Origin: Candidatus Cloacimonadales bacterium
GTDB lineage: Bacteria > Cloacimonadota > Cloacimonadia > Cloacimonadales > DAONDQ01
Direction of reading: 5' to 3'
NCBI GenBank assembly: GCA_963662275.1
Contig: OY759316.1
Span: 2,526,227-2,590,226 of the forward strand
Length of the DNA stretch: 64,000 bases
The stretch's first letter is position 1, and every line of letters starts with the position of its first letter. Positions 10,544-19,717 of this stretch are shown here, piece after piece. The notes under the pieces were generated by a model. The model searched no databases, was not told the origin of the DNA, and was given only the letters and a program-made list of their open reading frames with translations. A program made the translations under genes and the position numbers.

Positions 10544-10767
10544 TGGAACTCCTTATTTCTACAACCCACATAATATAAAATATAATATTCACATGTAATT
10601 TTCATTCCATAGCAAGTTTTATCCAGTATCTTGCCGGATAATATCCATTTTCACTTTAGTCTATCACTTATTTGTTTACATTGGTAGCTATTTCTTCAGG
10701 AATGGTGGCAGCATGGTTCACCTTGCTTTTCGGAACGCTGTTTTCAAACGGCTATGCAATTTGGCTG

Positions 10768-12381
10768 CTACCGAATCACCGTAATCTTCTGTTTCTGCTG
10801 TGCTTCACCGCTGGTGAATACACACACATAAACCCCTGATGAAAGATCATTTAAATTGTAAGTCGCAGAACCGGATTTGGCTTGTTCTGCGTTCATAATA
10901 AACGACTTGACTTTCTGTCCCCGGATATTATAGATACTGATATCAATGGGGCTTATATTATTATGGTTTGAATCATTCAGCTTGATTGTCACAAAACGAT
11001 CATTGGATTTAATGGGATTAGGGCTGATGCTGATGCTCATGTTAAATTGATTGGTAAGAGGCGGACTGAGTGGGTCATTAATACCAACTGTCGTATCCGC
11101 TAATTGCGTATTGCCGGCATAGACATAAACATAGCCCCGATAATCATGTGCCATTGAATCATCAGTAAATGGCGCAGATACGGCAATATCGCAGCAACCA
11201 TCTCTATTGTAATCTCCCATAGTTATGCCATAGCCGAAATTGTCTATATCCTCATTCAAGTTGTAAGGTGCATAAACCAATAAATCTGAATTTCCATTTG
11301 GATGTATTCTTCCCATCCAGATTCTGAATTGATTAATATCGTAATCTGCACCTACCACATCATCATAGCCATCGTGATTTAGATCACCATATTTTAAAGA
11401 TCGCCCGCTTTCCCCCCCCTGCCAGGAAGGATTAAGAGCAAGATTGGGTAACTCATTAGTTTCAGTAGCTCCCAGCCAGACATTCAAACCAGCCCCAGAC
11501 TCATACCCCATAAAATCAGCAATACCGTCACCATTCATATCTCCCAGTGATGTACTTATTTTGGATATACCTGCTTGAGTTTGCGCTAAAACCATCGTAT
11601 CCGTGAGTAAGCTATCAGCATTTCCATAATAAAGCGTAATTAAATGATATCCAATATAGGGATCATCATTTGTATAGCCAATGGTAAAATCATCATAGCC
11701 GTCTCCATTGATATCCCCAATTCCATTAAAACCACTTGGATATGATTCACTATGCAGTGCAGAAGTAGTAACATATTGAAATACGAAACTGCCTCCCCAA
11801 ACTATATAATAAGATTCACCTGGTGAAGAAGAACTTGAACTGAATCCTATATCATCTTTCCCATCTGCATTAAAATCTCCCAATCTACTAACCTTTCTCA
11901 AATTAGCTCCCTGATCTAATGTATATGGGATTAAGATATCTGGCTCAATAGGTACAGTACTTCCACCAGCATATATTCTTAGATAATAGACACTCGGATT
12001 TGAGGTTGGTTCATCTCCACCGATATATAAGTCATCAAATCCATCACCATTCACATCTCCAATATTTACAACAGAATGATATTGAAAATCATACTGCCCT
12101 TCCATAATAATATCCGGGATGTTATCGAAATTAGGTCCTCCAAAATAGATATCAACTTTACCCATGATCCATCCTGATGGAAAATCGCTCTTCCATCCTG
12201 GTGAGCAGACTATTAGATCATCAAAACCATCATGATTAAAATCCAAGGTTGCCATTGTACTTCCAAAATATGATGTATTATGTGCACCCTGCATCGAGGT
12301 CATGATATCGAGGTGGTTTGTGGCAGTGAGAATTCCACAGAAAAGTAGGAAAGCGAAGATGATGATAAATAATTTATTCAT
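10768..12381 (-). CDS. FG-GAP repeat beta-propeller secreted protein with CTD (paralog B)
   Basis: Same architecture as A, MNKLF-type N-terminus, AAGGAG RBS. Confidence 0.9.
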   Translation of the reverse strand: MNKLFIIIFAFLLFCGILTATNHLDIMTSMQGAHNTSYFGSTMATLDFNHDGFDDLIVCSPGWKSDFPSGWIMGKVDIYFGGPNFDNIPDIIMEGQYDFQYHSVVNIGDVNGDGFDDLYIGGDEPTSNPSVYYLRIYAGGSTVPIEPDILIPYTLDQGANLRKVSRLGDFNADGKDDIGFSSSSSSPGESYYIVWGGSFVFQYVTTSALHSESYPSGFNGIGDINGDGYDDFTIGYTNDDPYIGYHLITLYYGNADSLLTDTMVLAQTQAGISKISTSLGDMNGDGIADFMGYESGAGLNVWLGATETNELPNLALNPSWQGGESGRSLKYGDLNHDGYDDVVGADYDINQFRIWMGRIHPNGNSDLLVYAPYNLNEDIDNFGYGITMGDYNRDGCCDIAVSAPFTDDSMAHDYRGYVYVYAGNTQLADTTVGINDPLSPPLTNQFNMSISISPNPIKSNDRFVTIKLNDSNHNNISPIDISIYNIRGQKVKSFIMNAEQAKSGSATYNLNDLSSGVYVCVFTSGEAQQKQKITVIR

Positions 12382-12837
12382 TATAAACTCCTTATAAAAT
12401 TGACATACACAGCTTACTTCAGGAAGTTTTTATCTCCCTAACAGCGGCTGTTTCCTTCAGGTTACGTATTAACATGGTTTACCTTGTTTCTATCTGTAAT
12501 ACAATGACCTAAAGAACATTACCCACAAGCTGAAGCAGTAACCACAAAGAAACTGCATTCTAAAGTAAGTGCACAAAACCAGTATCACATATAAAATAAT
12601 AACATTTCATTTCAAGTCAAGGATTGTTTTTCCAGAGTTGTTTCAATGAACTTTTACTCTCACGTTTATAGTCTGCAACATTCTTCAGTATTACATCATT
12701 TAAAATATGACCTATCCACTTCACAAGATGAGGCGTTGCTGTGCCGTTGCACCTGTGGTGATTACTTCAGGAATCGTGGCAGCATGGTTCACCTTGCTTT
12801 TCGGAACGCTGTTTTCAAACGGCTAGCAGTTTGGCAG

Positions 12838-12873
12838 CTACCGAATCACCGTAATCTTCTGTTTCTGCTGTGC
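12838..12873 (-). pseudogene. Last 12 codons (AQQKQKITVIR*) of a deleted tenth FG-GAP paralog
   Basis: Identical to the 3' end of paralog B (10768-10803) and followed by the same downstream sequence. Similarity breaks abruptly at 12874. Confidence 0.85.
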
Positions 12874-12977
12874 TCTCCACCTCACTTCGCAGTGACGCAG
12901 TTACATTCAGCTATAAGGCTTGACGATGCCTTAGAATGGGACTTGAACCCTCTGATTTCTGTCTATCGCTATCGCAC
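12871..12977 (-). mobile_element. Probable 5' fragment (domain I start) of a group II intron, truncated
   Basis: The minus strand starts GTGCG, has GGGTTCAAGTCCC about 25 nt later, then ATAGCTGAATGTAACTGCGTC...GAGGTGGAGAGCA. This matches my recollection of bacterial class E-like intron 5' ends. No RT ORF and no domain V are present. Confidence 0.55.
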
Positions 12978-13160
12978 TAGTTCCGCATTTACGCGGTTGT
13001 AGAGCTGGATGCCGATCATGCTGTCTGCTATACAATCCGTAGGATGTAATTCTGCTAGCCCAGGAAGTCCTTCCTGGGTAGAGCGATGTGAGAGGAATAA
13101 CCGCCTGCAGCTTATGCTGCATGAGTCCATTAGGACGGCACTATTTACCGCATTCTCCAA
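12978..13160. ncRNA. Unidentified structured segment (candidate ncRNA)
   Basis: Nested inverted repeats and three strong hairpins in non-coding sequence that is GC-richer than its flanks (see findings). No family recognised. Confidence 0.3.
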
Positions 13161-13171
13161 ACACTTAATAC

Positions 13172-13300
13172 ATTCCCCATTATATATACCTGGTCAAAGC
13201 CAAGTTTAAACAAATACTAATCCTGTTTCATTTCAATTTCCCGAAACAGGATTGAAACAGGATTGAAACTGGTATGAACTTGGTATAATATACGTGGAAT
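13172..13300. repeat. MITE-like element with 11-bp-period internal repeats (family alpha)
   Basis: GAAACAGGATT x2, GAAACTGGTAT, GAACTTGGTAT at 13243-13286; inverted unit AATCCTGTTTC at 13219-13229; related to 43463-43596. Confidence 0.65.
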
Positions 13301-13664
13301 AATAGTGGATTGTGCGGGGGCAACGCCTTTGTTTAAAAGGTGGATAGGTCGTATCTAGTACGATACAAGCTGATGTAAATCCATTATGTTATTGCATTAA
13401 GAAAGTCTAGATTTGTTTGGTATTTTGCATCATTTAAAAAATGACCTATCCACCTCACAAGATGAGGCGTTGCTGTGCCGTTGCACCTGTGGTGATTACT
13501 TAAGGAATGGTGGCAGCATGGTTTACCTTGCTTTTCGGAACGCTGTTTTTAAACGGCTATGCATATACATATAGCTCTCTTATTGCCGGAAACATACAAA
13601 AGAACTGCATCATTTAAAAAAAGTTTACCCCCCTTAATCCCCCCTCAGGTAGGGGGGGGAAAAG

Positions 13665-15314
13665 CTACCTTATCACCGTTATCTTCTGTTTCTGCTGTGC
13701 TTCACCGCTGGTGAATACACACACATAAACCCCTGATGAAAGATCATTTAAATTGTAAGTCGCAGAACCTGATTTAGCTTGTTCTGCATTCATAGTAAAC
13801 GACTTGACTTTCTGTCCCCGGATATTATAGATTTCGAAGGTAGAAGCTCCCCCCTTGGGAAGGGGGGTAGGGGGGGTAACCGTAAATCTGACATTAAGTT
13901 CAGAATTCCAAGACTGCAGCGGATTGGGATACAACTGCAGTTTGGAGATTGCTGGAGTATTTGTTTCATCAGCATTGGGTGTTGGATCATCCAGTTGCGT
14001 GTTTCCGGCATAGACAAATACACGACCAGGTGTAGGAAAAGCTGCATAATCAAACGGTGCCGAAATGGCAGCATCGCAGCAGCCGTCCCCATTGTAATCG
14101 CCCATGGTCAGGCAGAAGCCATACATGTCAGTTTCCACATCAAGATATGGTGGTGTCAAATGCAGATCGGGACCTCCGTTCATAGGAATGCCTCCTATCC
14201 ACAGGTAGGCGTCTCCATAACCGCTAAACTGGGTAACATTGGTGCCCATCAGATCATCTGTGCCATTACCATTCACATCGCCGTGACAAAAACCTTCACC
14301 GGCCGGATCACCGCTGTACGGAGGAGCAATGTTTACACAATTGGTTCCGTTAAAACCAGGACCTCCAAATATTAGTTTAGCATCTGAACCGGAGAAGGCA
14401 CTCACGAAATCATCATGACCATCTCCATTTACATCACCTGCAGGATAAACACAGGTATTGAAATTTAATCCTTCACAAATTACTAAGCTGTCATTATAAG
14501 CACTTGTTGAATCCCCATAATACAAAATTACTTTGGAATATCTTTCATTGTCATTATCAATGATATATTTGTAACTTATGCAAAAATCATCTATCCCATC
14601 AGCATTTACATCACCTACACTGCAAATATTATCTTTATCCATTGAAGTACCTGCTTCCATGAAAACTGTATTAGTCATGCTTCCTCCATAAATAACTTCG
14701 AAGGTAATCGGAGGTCGGAAACCATTCCTTATCATAGCAAATCCAAGATCATCAAAACCATCATGATTTATATCCCCTAAACCACGTACAAAACCACCAC
14801 CGTTATGCCATTCCTCCCTCGGGAAAGTGAGTATATAATCGGGAACAGTATCGGGATTCGCACCACCGTAAAAGACGCAGAGCTGCAAGTCATAGAACTG
14901 ATCTATATTCTCTTCATACATCGTCGCCCGAAACAATGCCAGGTCATCTATCCCATCACCATTCATATCGCCCGCATTGCACATGGAGGATGAAAGTCCA
15001 TATTCTATCTCATGGTGACCGGTGATTTCCATTTCAGGCACATTATCAAAATTGGGACCGCCAAAATAAATGTATAGTTTACCATATGGGTATGGTGGAT
15101 AAGAAGGAGTATAACCTCTGGGATCCCAATTAGGTGAAGTTATAATTAAATCATCATTGCTATCTCCATTCCAGTCGAGAGTAGTCATGAGTCTGCCCAT
15201 CGAAGAATGATCATGTTCCCCGGTCATGGTGGTCATAATATCCATGTGGTTCAAGGCAGGGAGAATGCTGGTGAAAAGAAGAACAGCTAAAACAGCTAAA
15301 ATACCTTTATACAT
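13665..15314 (-). CDS. FG-GAP repeat beta-propeller secreted protein with CTD (paralog C, most divergent)
   Basis: MYKGIL-type signal peptide and GDxNxDGxDD repeats. The last ~50 aa are nearly identical to paralog B. Confidence 0.9.
   Translation of the reverse strand: MYKGILAVLAVLLFTSILPALNHMDIMTTMTGEHDHSSMGRLMTTLDWNGDSNDDLIITSPNWDPRGYTPSYPPYPYGKLYIYFGGPNFDNVPEMEITGHHEIEYGLSSSMCNAGDMNGDGIDDLALFRATMYEENIDQFYDLQLCVFYGGANPDTVPDYILTFPREEWHNGGGFVRGLGDINHDGFDDLGFAMIRNGFRPPITFEVIYGGSMTNTVFMEAGTSMDKDNICSVGDVNADGIDDFCISYKYIIDNDNERYSKVILYYGDSTSAYNDSLVICEGLNFNTCVYPAGDVNGDGHDDFVSAFSGSDAKLIFGGPGFNGTNCVNIAPPYSGDPAGEGFCHGDVNGNGTDDLMGTNVTQFSGYGDAYLWIGGIPMNGGPDLHLTPPYLDVETDMYGFCLTMGDYNGDGCCDAAISAPFDYAAFPTPGRVFVYAGNTQLDDPTPNADETNTPAISKLQLYPNPLQSWNSELNVRFTVTPPTPLPKGGASTFEIYNIRGQKVKSFTMNAEQAKSGSATYNLNDLSSGVYVCVFTSGEAQQKQKITVIR
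13847..13877. repeat. C6-loop-G6 palindromic element inside paralog C; inverted sister copy at 13627-13659
   Basis: CCCCCCTT-GGG-AAGGGGGG-TAGGGGGGGT is read in frame as TPPTPLPKGG. A similar element lies just downstream of the stop. Confidence 0.7.
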
Positions 15315-15686
15315 TGGTACTCCTTATTTCTACAACCCACAGAATATAAAATATAATATTCACACGTAATTTTCGTTCCATTGCTATTTTTATCCTGTAT
15401 CTTGCCGGATAATATCTATTTTCTCTTAATCTATCACGTTTTTGTTAATTTCATTGTTGTTTCTGGGGCGCCATCTATTTGATGGTGCTACGTACTCTTT
15501 TAGAGGACGTATTCTCTTCATTGGCATTTCAATAAAGAAAACACCGGATATCAGATAATGTTAAAACATTAAAACGGCTGAAGCAGTTGATCTAACGACA
15601 GAAGATCATGTTAAAACATGATAACTGCTGAAGCAGTTGATCCAACGACTGAAGTTGTTGCTACGGAATACCCGTTGAAGTTGTTG

Positions 15687-17297
15687 CTACCGAATAAAAG
15701 AGATTTTTTTAACTTCTGCTCTGTTTCCTTGTTTTACTTGGCAGAGATAGACACCACTTGCCATTTTACTAATATCCATACTGTAGGTATCCGATATCGC
15801 AGTTTTATCTGAGTGTATCTTTTGCATACATTGTCCCCTGATATTGTAAATGCTGATGTCTATTAGACTTTTATCATTATTGGATACATTTCTGAGTTTG
15901 ACAGAAATATAGCGATCAGTTATTCTTGCAGGATTAGGGCTGATGCTCATGTCGAATTGATTGGTAACAGGAGGAGTCAGAGGGTCATTAATACCAACTG
16001 TCGTATCCGCTAATTGCGTATTTCCAGCATAAACGTAAACATACCCCCGATAATCAGGTAAAAGCGTATTATCCGTAAAAGGAGCTGATATAGCAATATC
16101 ACAGCAGTCATCACCATTGTAATCACCCATTGTTAAACCATACCCAAAATAATCCAATAGATTTGCAGGAATATAAGGAGCATTAATTAGCAAATCCGAA
16201 TCCCCATTAGGTTGTGCTCTTCCCAGCCAGATGCGAAATGCATTTTGATAATAATTTGTGCCGACAACATCATCAAAACCATCGTTATTCAAATCACCAT
16301 ATTTCAGACACTGCCCAAATTCGTCTCCTTGCCAAGCAGGATTTAATGCAAAATTCGGAATACTGTCAGTTTCAGTCGATCCCAACCAAACATTTAACCC
16401 TGCAATGGACTGATATCCCATGAAGTCAGCAAATCCGTCACCATTAAGATCTCCCAAAGGAGTGCTAATTTTGGATATACCTGTCTGTGTCTGTGTCAAT
16501 ACCATTTGGTTATCAGATGAGCCTGTTGCATTACCAAAATAGATAGTTATGAGATGGTAACCTATATTGGGATCTTCATTCGTGTAACCGATAGCAAAAT
16601 CATCGTATCCATCATGATTAATATCTCCAATACCGTTAAACCCAGTAGTATAAGAGTCACTAAAATCAGAGGATGTGGTAATATACTGTCTTTCAAAACT
16701 ATTACCCAACATAATATAAAATATCTCTGCTAAATTTGGCGTACCAATGCTGAACCCAATATCATCATAATTATCCCCGTTAATATCACCTAAAGGAGTC
16801 ACTTTGGCTACATAATAATTCGTTTCCAGAGTATAAGAAATCATGATATCCGGTTCAGTCGGAACAGTGTCACCACCTGTATAAATTCTTAGATAGTGTT
16901 CAATGGGATTAGCAGTAGGTTCATCTCCATTAATGTATAAATCATCAAATCCATCACCGTTCACATCGCCGATGTTAACGACGGACTTATATTGAAAATC
17001 ATACTGCCCTTCCATCGTGATATCAGGGACATTATCAAAGTCAGAACCTCCAAAATAGATATCCACTTTTCCTTTTGGCCAATCCATTGGTGCCGGATAA
17101 ACGCTTTTCCATTCAGGCGAGCAGACAATCAAATCATCAAAACCATCATGATTAAAGTCCAAGGTTGCCATTGTACTTCCAAAATATGATGTATTATGTG
17201 CACCCTGCATTGAGGTCATGATATCGAGGTGGTTTGTGGCAGCGAGAATTCCACAGAAAAGTAGGAAAGCGAAGATGATGATAAATAATTTATTCAT
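15687..17297 (-). CDS. FG-GAP repeat beta-propeller secreted protein with CTD (paralog D)
   Basis: True start is taken as MNKLF at 17297 (AAGGAG RBS, matches the paralogs). The ORF-track extension to 17390 is not conserved in frame in sister cassettes. Confidence 0.9.
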   Translation of the reverse strand: MNKLFIIIFAFLLFCGILAATNHLDIMTSMQGAHNTSYFGSTMATLDFNHDGFDDLIVCSPEWKSVYPAPMDWPKGKVDIYFGGSDFDNVPDITMEGQYDFQYKSVVNIGDVNGDGFDDLYINGDEPTANPIEHYLRIYTGGDTVPTEPDIMISYTLETNYYVAKVTPLGDINGDNYDDIGFSIGTPNLAEIFYIMLGNSFERQYITTSSDFSDSYTTGFNGIGDINHDGYDDFAIGYTNEDPNIGYHLITIYFGNATGSSDNQMVLTQTQTGISKISTPLGDLNGDGFADFMGYQSIAGLNVWLGSTETDSIPNFALNPAWQGDEFGQCLKYGDLNNDGFDDVVGTNYYQNAFRIWLGRAQPNGDSDLLINAPYIPANLLDYFGYGLTMGDYNGDDCCDIAISAPFTDNTLLPDYRGYVYVYAGNTQLADTTVGINDPLTPPVTNQFDMSISPNPARITDRYISVKLRNVSNNDKSLIDISIYNIRGQCMQKIHSDKTAISDTYSMDISKMASGVYLCQVKQGNRAEVKKISFIR

Positions 17298-17701
17298 TAT
17301 AAACTCCTTATAAAATTGACATACACAGCTAACATCAGGAAGTTTTATCTCACTAACGGTGGCTGTTTCTTTCAGGTAACGTGTTAACATGGTTTACCTT
17401 GTTTCTATCTGTAATACAATGACCTAAAGAACATTACCCACAAGCTGAAGCAGTAACCACAAAGAAACTGCATTCTAAAATAAGCGCACAAAACCAGTAT
17501 CACATATAAAATAATAACATTTCATTTCAAGTCAAGGATTGTTTTTCCAGAGTTGTTTCAATGAACTTTTACTCTCACGTTTACATTCTGTAACATTCTT
17601 CAGTATTGCATCATTTAAAATATGACCTATCCACCGATTAAAAATCAGCGTCGCGTTTGAAAAAAGAATACTTTCCAGAGGATAAACACATGGGTTTATC
17701 C
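17298..17701. repeat. ~400-bp intergenic cassette repeated at 12382-12740, 17298-17701, 19313-19717, 21329-21731, 23340-23740, 25352-25754
   Basis: Near-identical blocks upstream of every MNKLF-type paralog, giving an array period of about 2.01 kb. Confidence 0.95.
17508..17535 (-). promoter_or_regulatory. Candidate sigma70-like promoter repeated in each intergenic cassette
   Basis: TTGACT-16 nt-TATTTT on the minus strand, conserved in all six cassettes. Confidence 0.35.
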
Positions 17702-17705
17702 CTAC
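17678..17705 (-). repeat. GTAG-REP-like hairpin overlapping the stop codon (also 19694-19721, 21708-21735, 23717-23744, 25731-25758)
   Basis: Minus strand GTAGGGATAAACCCATGTGTTTATCCTC; the TAG of GTAG is the gene stop. Confidence 0.75.
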
Positions 17706-19312
17706 TTTACCAACGATATTTTTTTTGTTTTAACCCGATTACCTGATTTTACCTGGCAGAGATAGACACCGCTTGCCATTTTACTGATATCCACCATGTA
17801 AGCATTTGATACTGTGGCTTTATCTGAGTGTATCTTTTGCACACATTGACCCCTGATATTATAAATGCTGATATCAATTGTACTTTTATCATTATTTGAT
17901 ACATTCCCGAGTTTGACAGAAATATAGCGATCACTTATTTTTGCAGGATTAGGGCTGATGCTCATGTCGAATTGATTGGTAAGAGGCGGACTGAGAGGGT
18001 CAATAATACCAACTGTTGTGTCTGCTAATTGTGTATTTCCGGCATAGACATAAACATAGCCCCGGTAATCATGTGCCATAGAATCATCAGTAAATGGGGC
18101 AGATACGGCAATATCACAGCAGTCATCCCCGTTGTAATCTCCCATTGTAAGACGGTAACCGAAGTAATCCAATGGATTTTCAGGAATATAGGGTGCTGTT
18201 ACGAAAAGATCGGAATCTCCGTTCACTTGTGCTCTTCCCATCCAGATTTGGAATTGATTACTATAAAAATTAGAACCAACCACATCGTCAAAGCCATCGT
18301 TATTCAAATCTCCAAATTTTAAACATTGTCCGAATTCCCCTCCCTGCCAGGGTGGATTTAAAGCAAAATTCGGTAATGTATCAGATTCAGTCGAACCCAG
18401 CCAGACATTTAACCCCGTCATGGACTGATATCCCATGAAATCATCAATACCGTCACCATTAATATCTCCCAAGGGAGTACTAATCTTGGATATACCTGCT
18501 TGAGTTTGAGTTAGAACCAAATTGTTGGTAAGGATACCATCTGCATTTCCATAATAGATTGTAATTAGATGATAGCCTATATTTGGGTCTTCATTTGTAT
18601 AACCGATAGAAAAATCATCATAGCCATCATTATTAATATCTCCTATTCCATTAAAACCAGTTGTATAAGAATCACTATAATCAGAGGATGTAGTAACATA
18701 CTGTCTTTCTAAATCATTACCCCTTATAATGTAAAATATTTCTGCCAAATTTGGAGTACCGATACTGAAACCAATTTCATCATAATTATCTCCGTTAATA
18801 TCTCCTAAAGGAGCCACTTTGGCTACATAATAATTCGTTTCCAGAGTATATGGAATCATAATATCCGGTTGTGTTGGAGCAGTATTCCCACCAGTATAGA
18901 TTCTTAGATAATATGTACTTGGACTAGCGGTCGGTTCATCTCCATTAATGTATAAATCATCAAATCCATCACCGTTCACATCGCCGATGTTAACGACGGA
19001 CTTACATTGAAAATCATACTGCCCTTCCATGGTAATATCCGGGATGTTATTAAAATTAGGTCCTCCAAAATAGATATCAACTTTGCCTTTTTGATTATCA
19101 AAAGGAGCAGGATATGTACTTTTCCATCCCCTGGAACATACAACCAGATCATCATACTCGTCATGATTAAAATCCAGCGTTGCCATTGTCTCTCCAAAAG
19201 AGGCATGATTGTGCGAACCTTGCATTGAGGTCATAATATCAAGGTGGTTTGTGGCGGAGAGAATTCCAAAGAAAAGTAGGAAAGCTAAGAGCATGATAAA
19301 TAATTTATTCAT
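17702..19312 (-). CDS. FG-GAP repeat beta-propeller secreted protein with CTD (paralog E)
   Basis: Same architecture as A and B. Confidence 0.9.
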   Translation of the reverse strand: MNKLFIMLLAFLLFFGILSATNHLDIMTSMQGSHNHASFGETMATLDFNHDEYDDLVVCSRGWKSTYPAPFDNQKGKVDIYFGGPNFNNIPDITMEGQYDFQCKSVVNIGDVNGDGFDDLYINGDEPTASPSTYYLRIYTGGNTAPTQPDIMIPYTLETNYYVAKVAPLGDINGDNYDEIGFSIGTPNLAEIFYIIRGNDLERQYVTTSSDYSDSYTTGFNGIGDINNDGYDDFSIGYTNEDPNIGYHLITIYYGNADGILTNNLVLTQTQAGISKISTPLGDINGDGIDDFMGYQSMTGLNVWLGSTESDTLPNFALNPPWQGGEFGQCLKFGDLNNDGFDDVVGSNFYSNQFQIWMGRAQVNGDSDLFVTAPYIPENPLDYFGYRLTMGDYNGDDCCDIAVSAPFTDDSMAHDYRGYVYVYAGNTQLADTTVGIIDPLSPPLTNQFDMSISPNPAKISDRYISVKLGNVSNNDKSTIDISIYNIRGQCVQKIHSDKATVSNAYMVDISKMASGVYLCQVKSGNRVKTKKISLVK

Positions 19313-19717
19313 TATAAACTCCTTATAAAATTGACATACACAACTTACTTCAGGAATTTTATCTCTCTAATGGTGGCTGTTTCCTTCAGGTAGCGTGTTA
19401 ACATGGTTTACCTTGTTTCTATCTGTAATACAATGACCTAAAGAACATTACCCACAAGCTGAAGCAGTAACCACAAAGAAACTGCATTCTAAAGTAAGTG
19501 CACAAAACCAGTATCACATATAAAATAATAACATTTCATTTCAAGTCAAGGATTGTTTTTCCAGAGTTGTTTCAATGAACTTTTACTCTCACGTTTATAG
19601 TCTGTAACATTCTTCAGTATTGCATCATTTAAAATATGACCTATCCACCGATTAAAAATCAGCGTTGCATTTCAAAAAAAAGCATACTTTCCAGAGGATA
19701 AACACATGGGTTTATCC

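Noticed and set aside
12925-12955. tRNA-like 3' end (minus strand GAGGG-TTCAAGT-CCCAT-TCTAAGGCA)
   Set aside because: The T-stem has an A-A mismatch, and there is no matching acceptor 5' strand, D-arm or anticodon arm. The segment fits better as part of the group II intron-like fragment.
13117-13141. Hammerhead-like core CTGCATGA-GTCC-ATTA-GGAC-GGCA
   Set aside because: It deviates from the invariant CUGANGA and GAAA, and no stem I/III with an NUH cleavage site is present.
12978-13160. Group I intron (P4/P5-like pairing UGCGGU-AAA-UAG / CUA-CA-ACCGCG)
   Set aside because: No P7 R/S elements (GACUA / UAGUC) are found downstream.
12646-13209. Short ORFs 12646-13002, 12931-13122, 12969-13160, 13009-13209
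   Set aside because: They overlap repeats and structured non-coding sequence, and have no RBS or recognisable motifs.
13243-13286. CRISPR array (also 43474-43528, 60323-60366, 48964-49077)
   Set aside because: The units are contiguous 11- or 33-bp tandem repeats without unique spacers, and there are no cas genes.
17298-17390. 31-aa N-terminal extension MLTRYLKET... on paralogs D and H
   Set aside because: It is not in frame in sister cassettes, the strong RBS lies before MNKLF, and the extension would bury the signal peptide.
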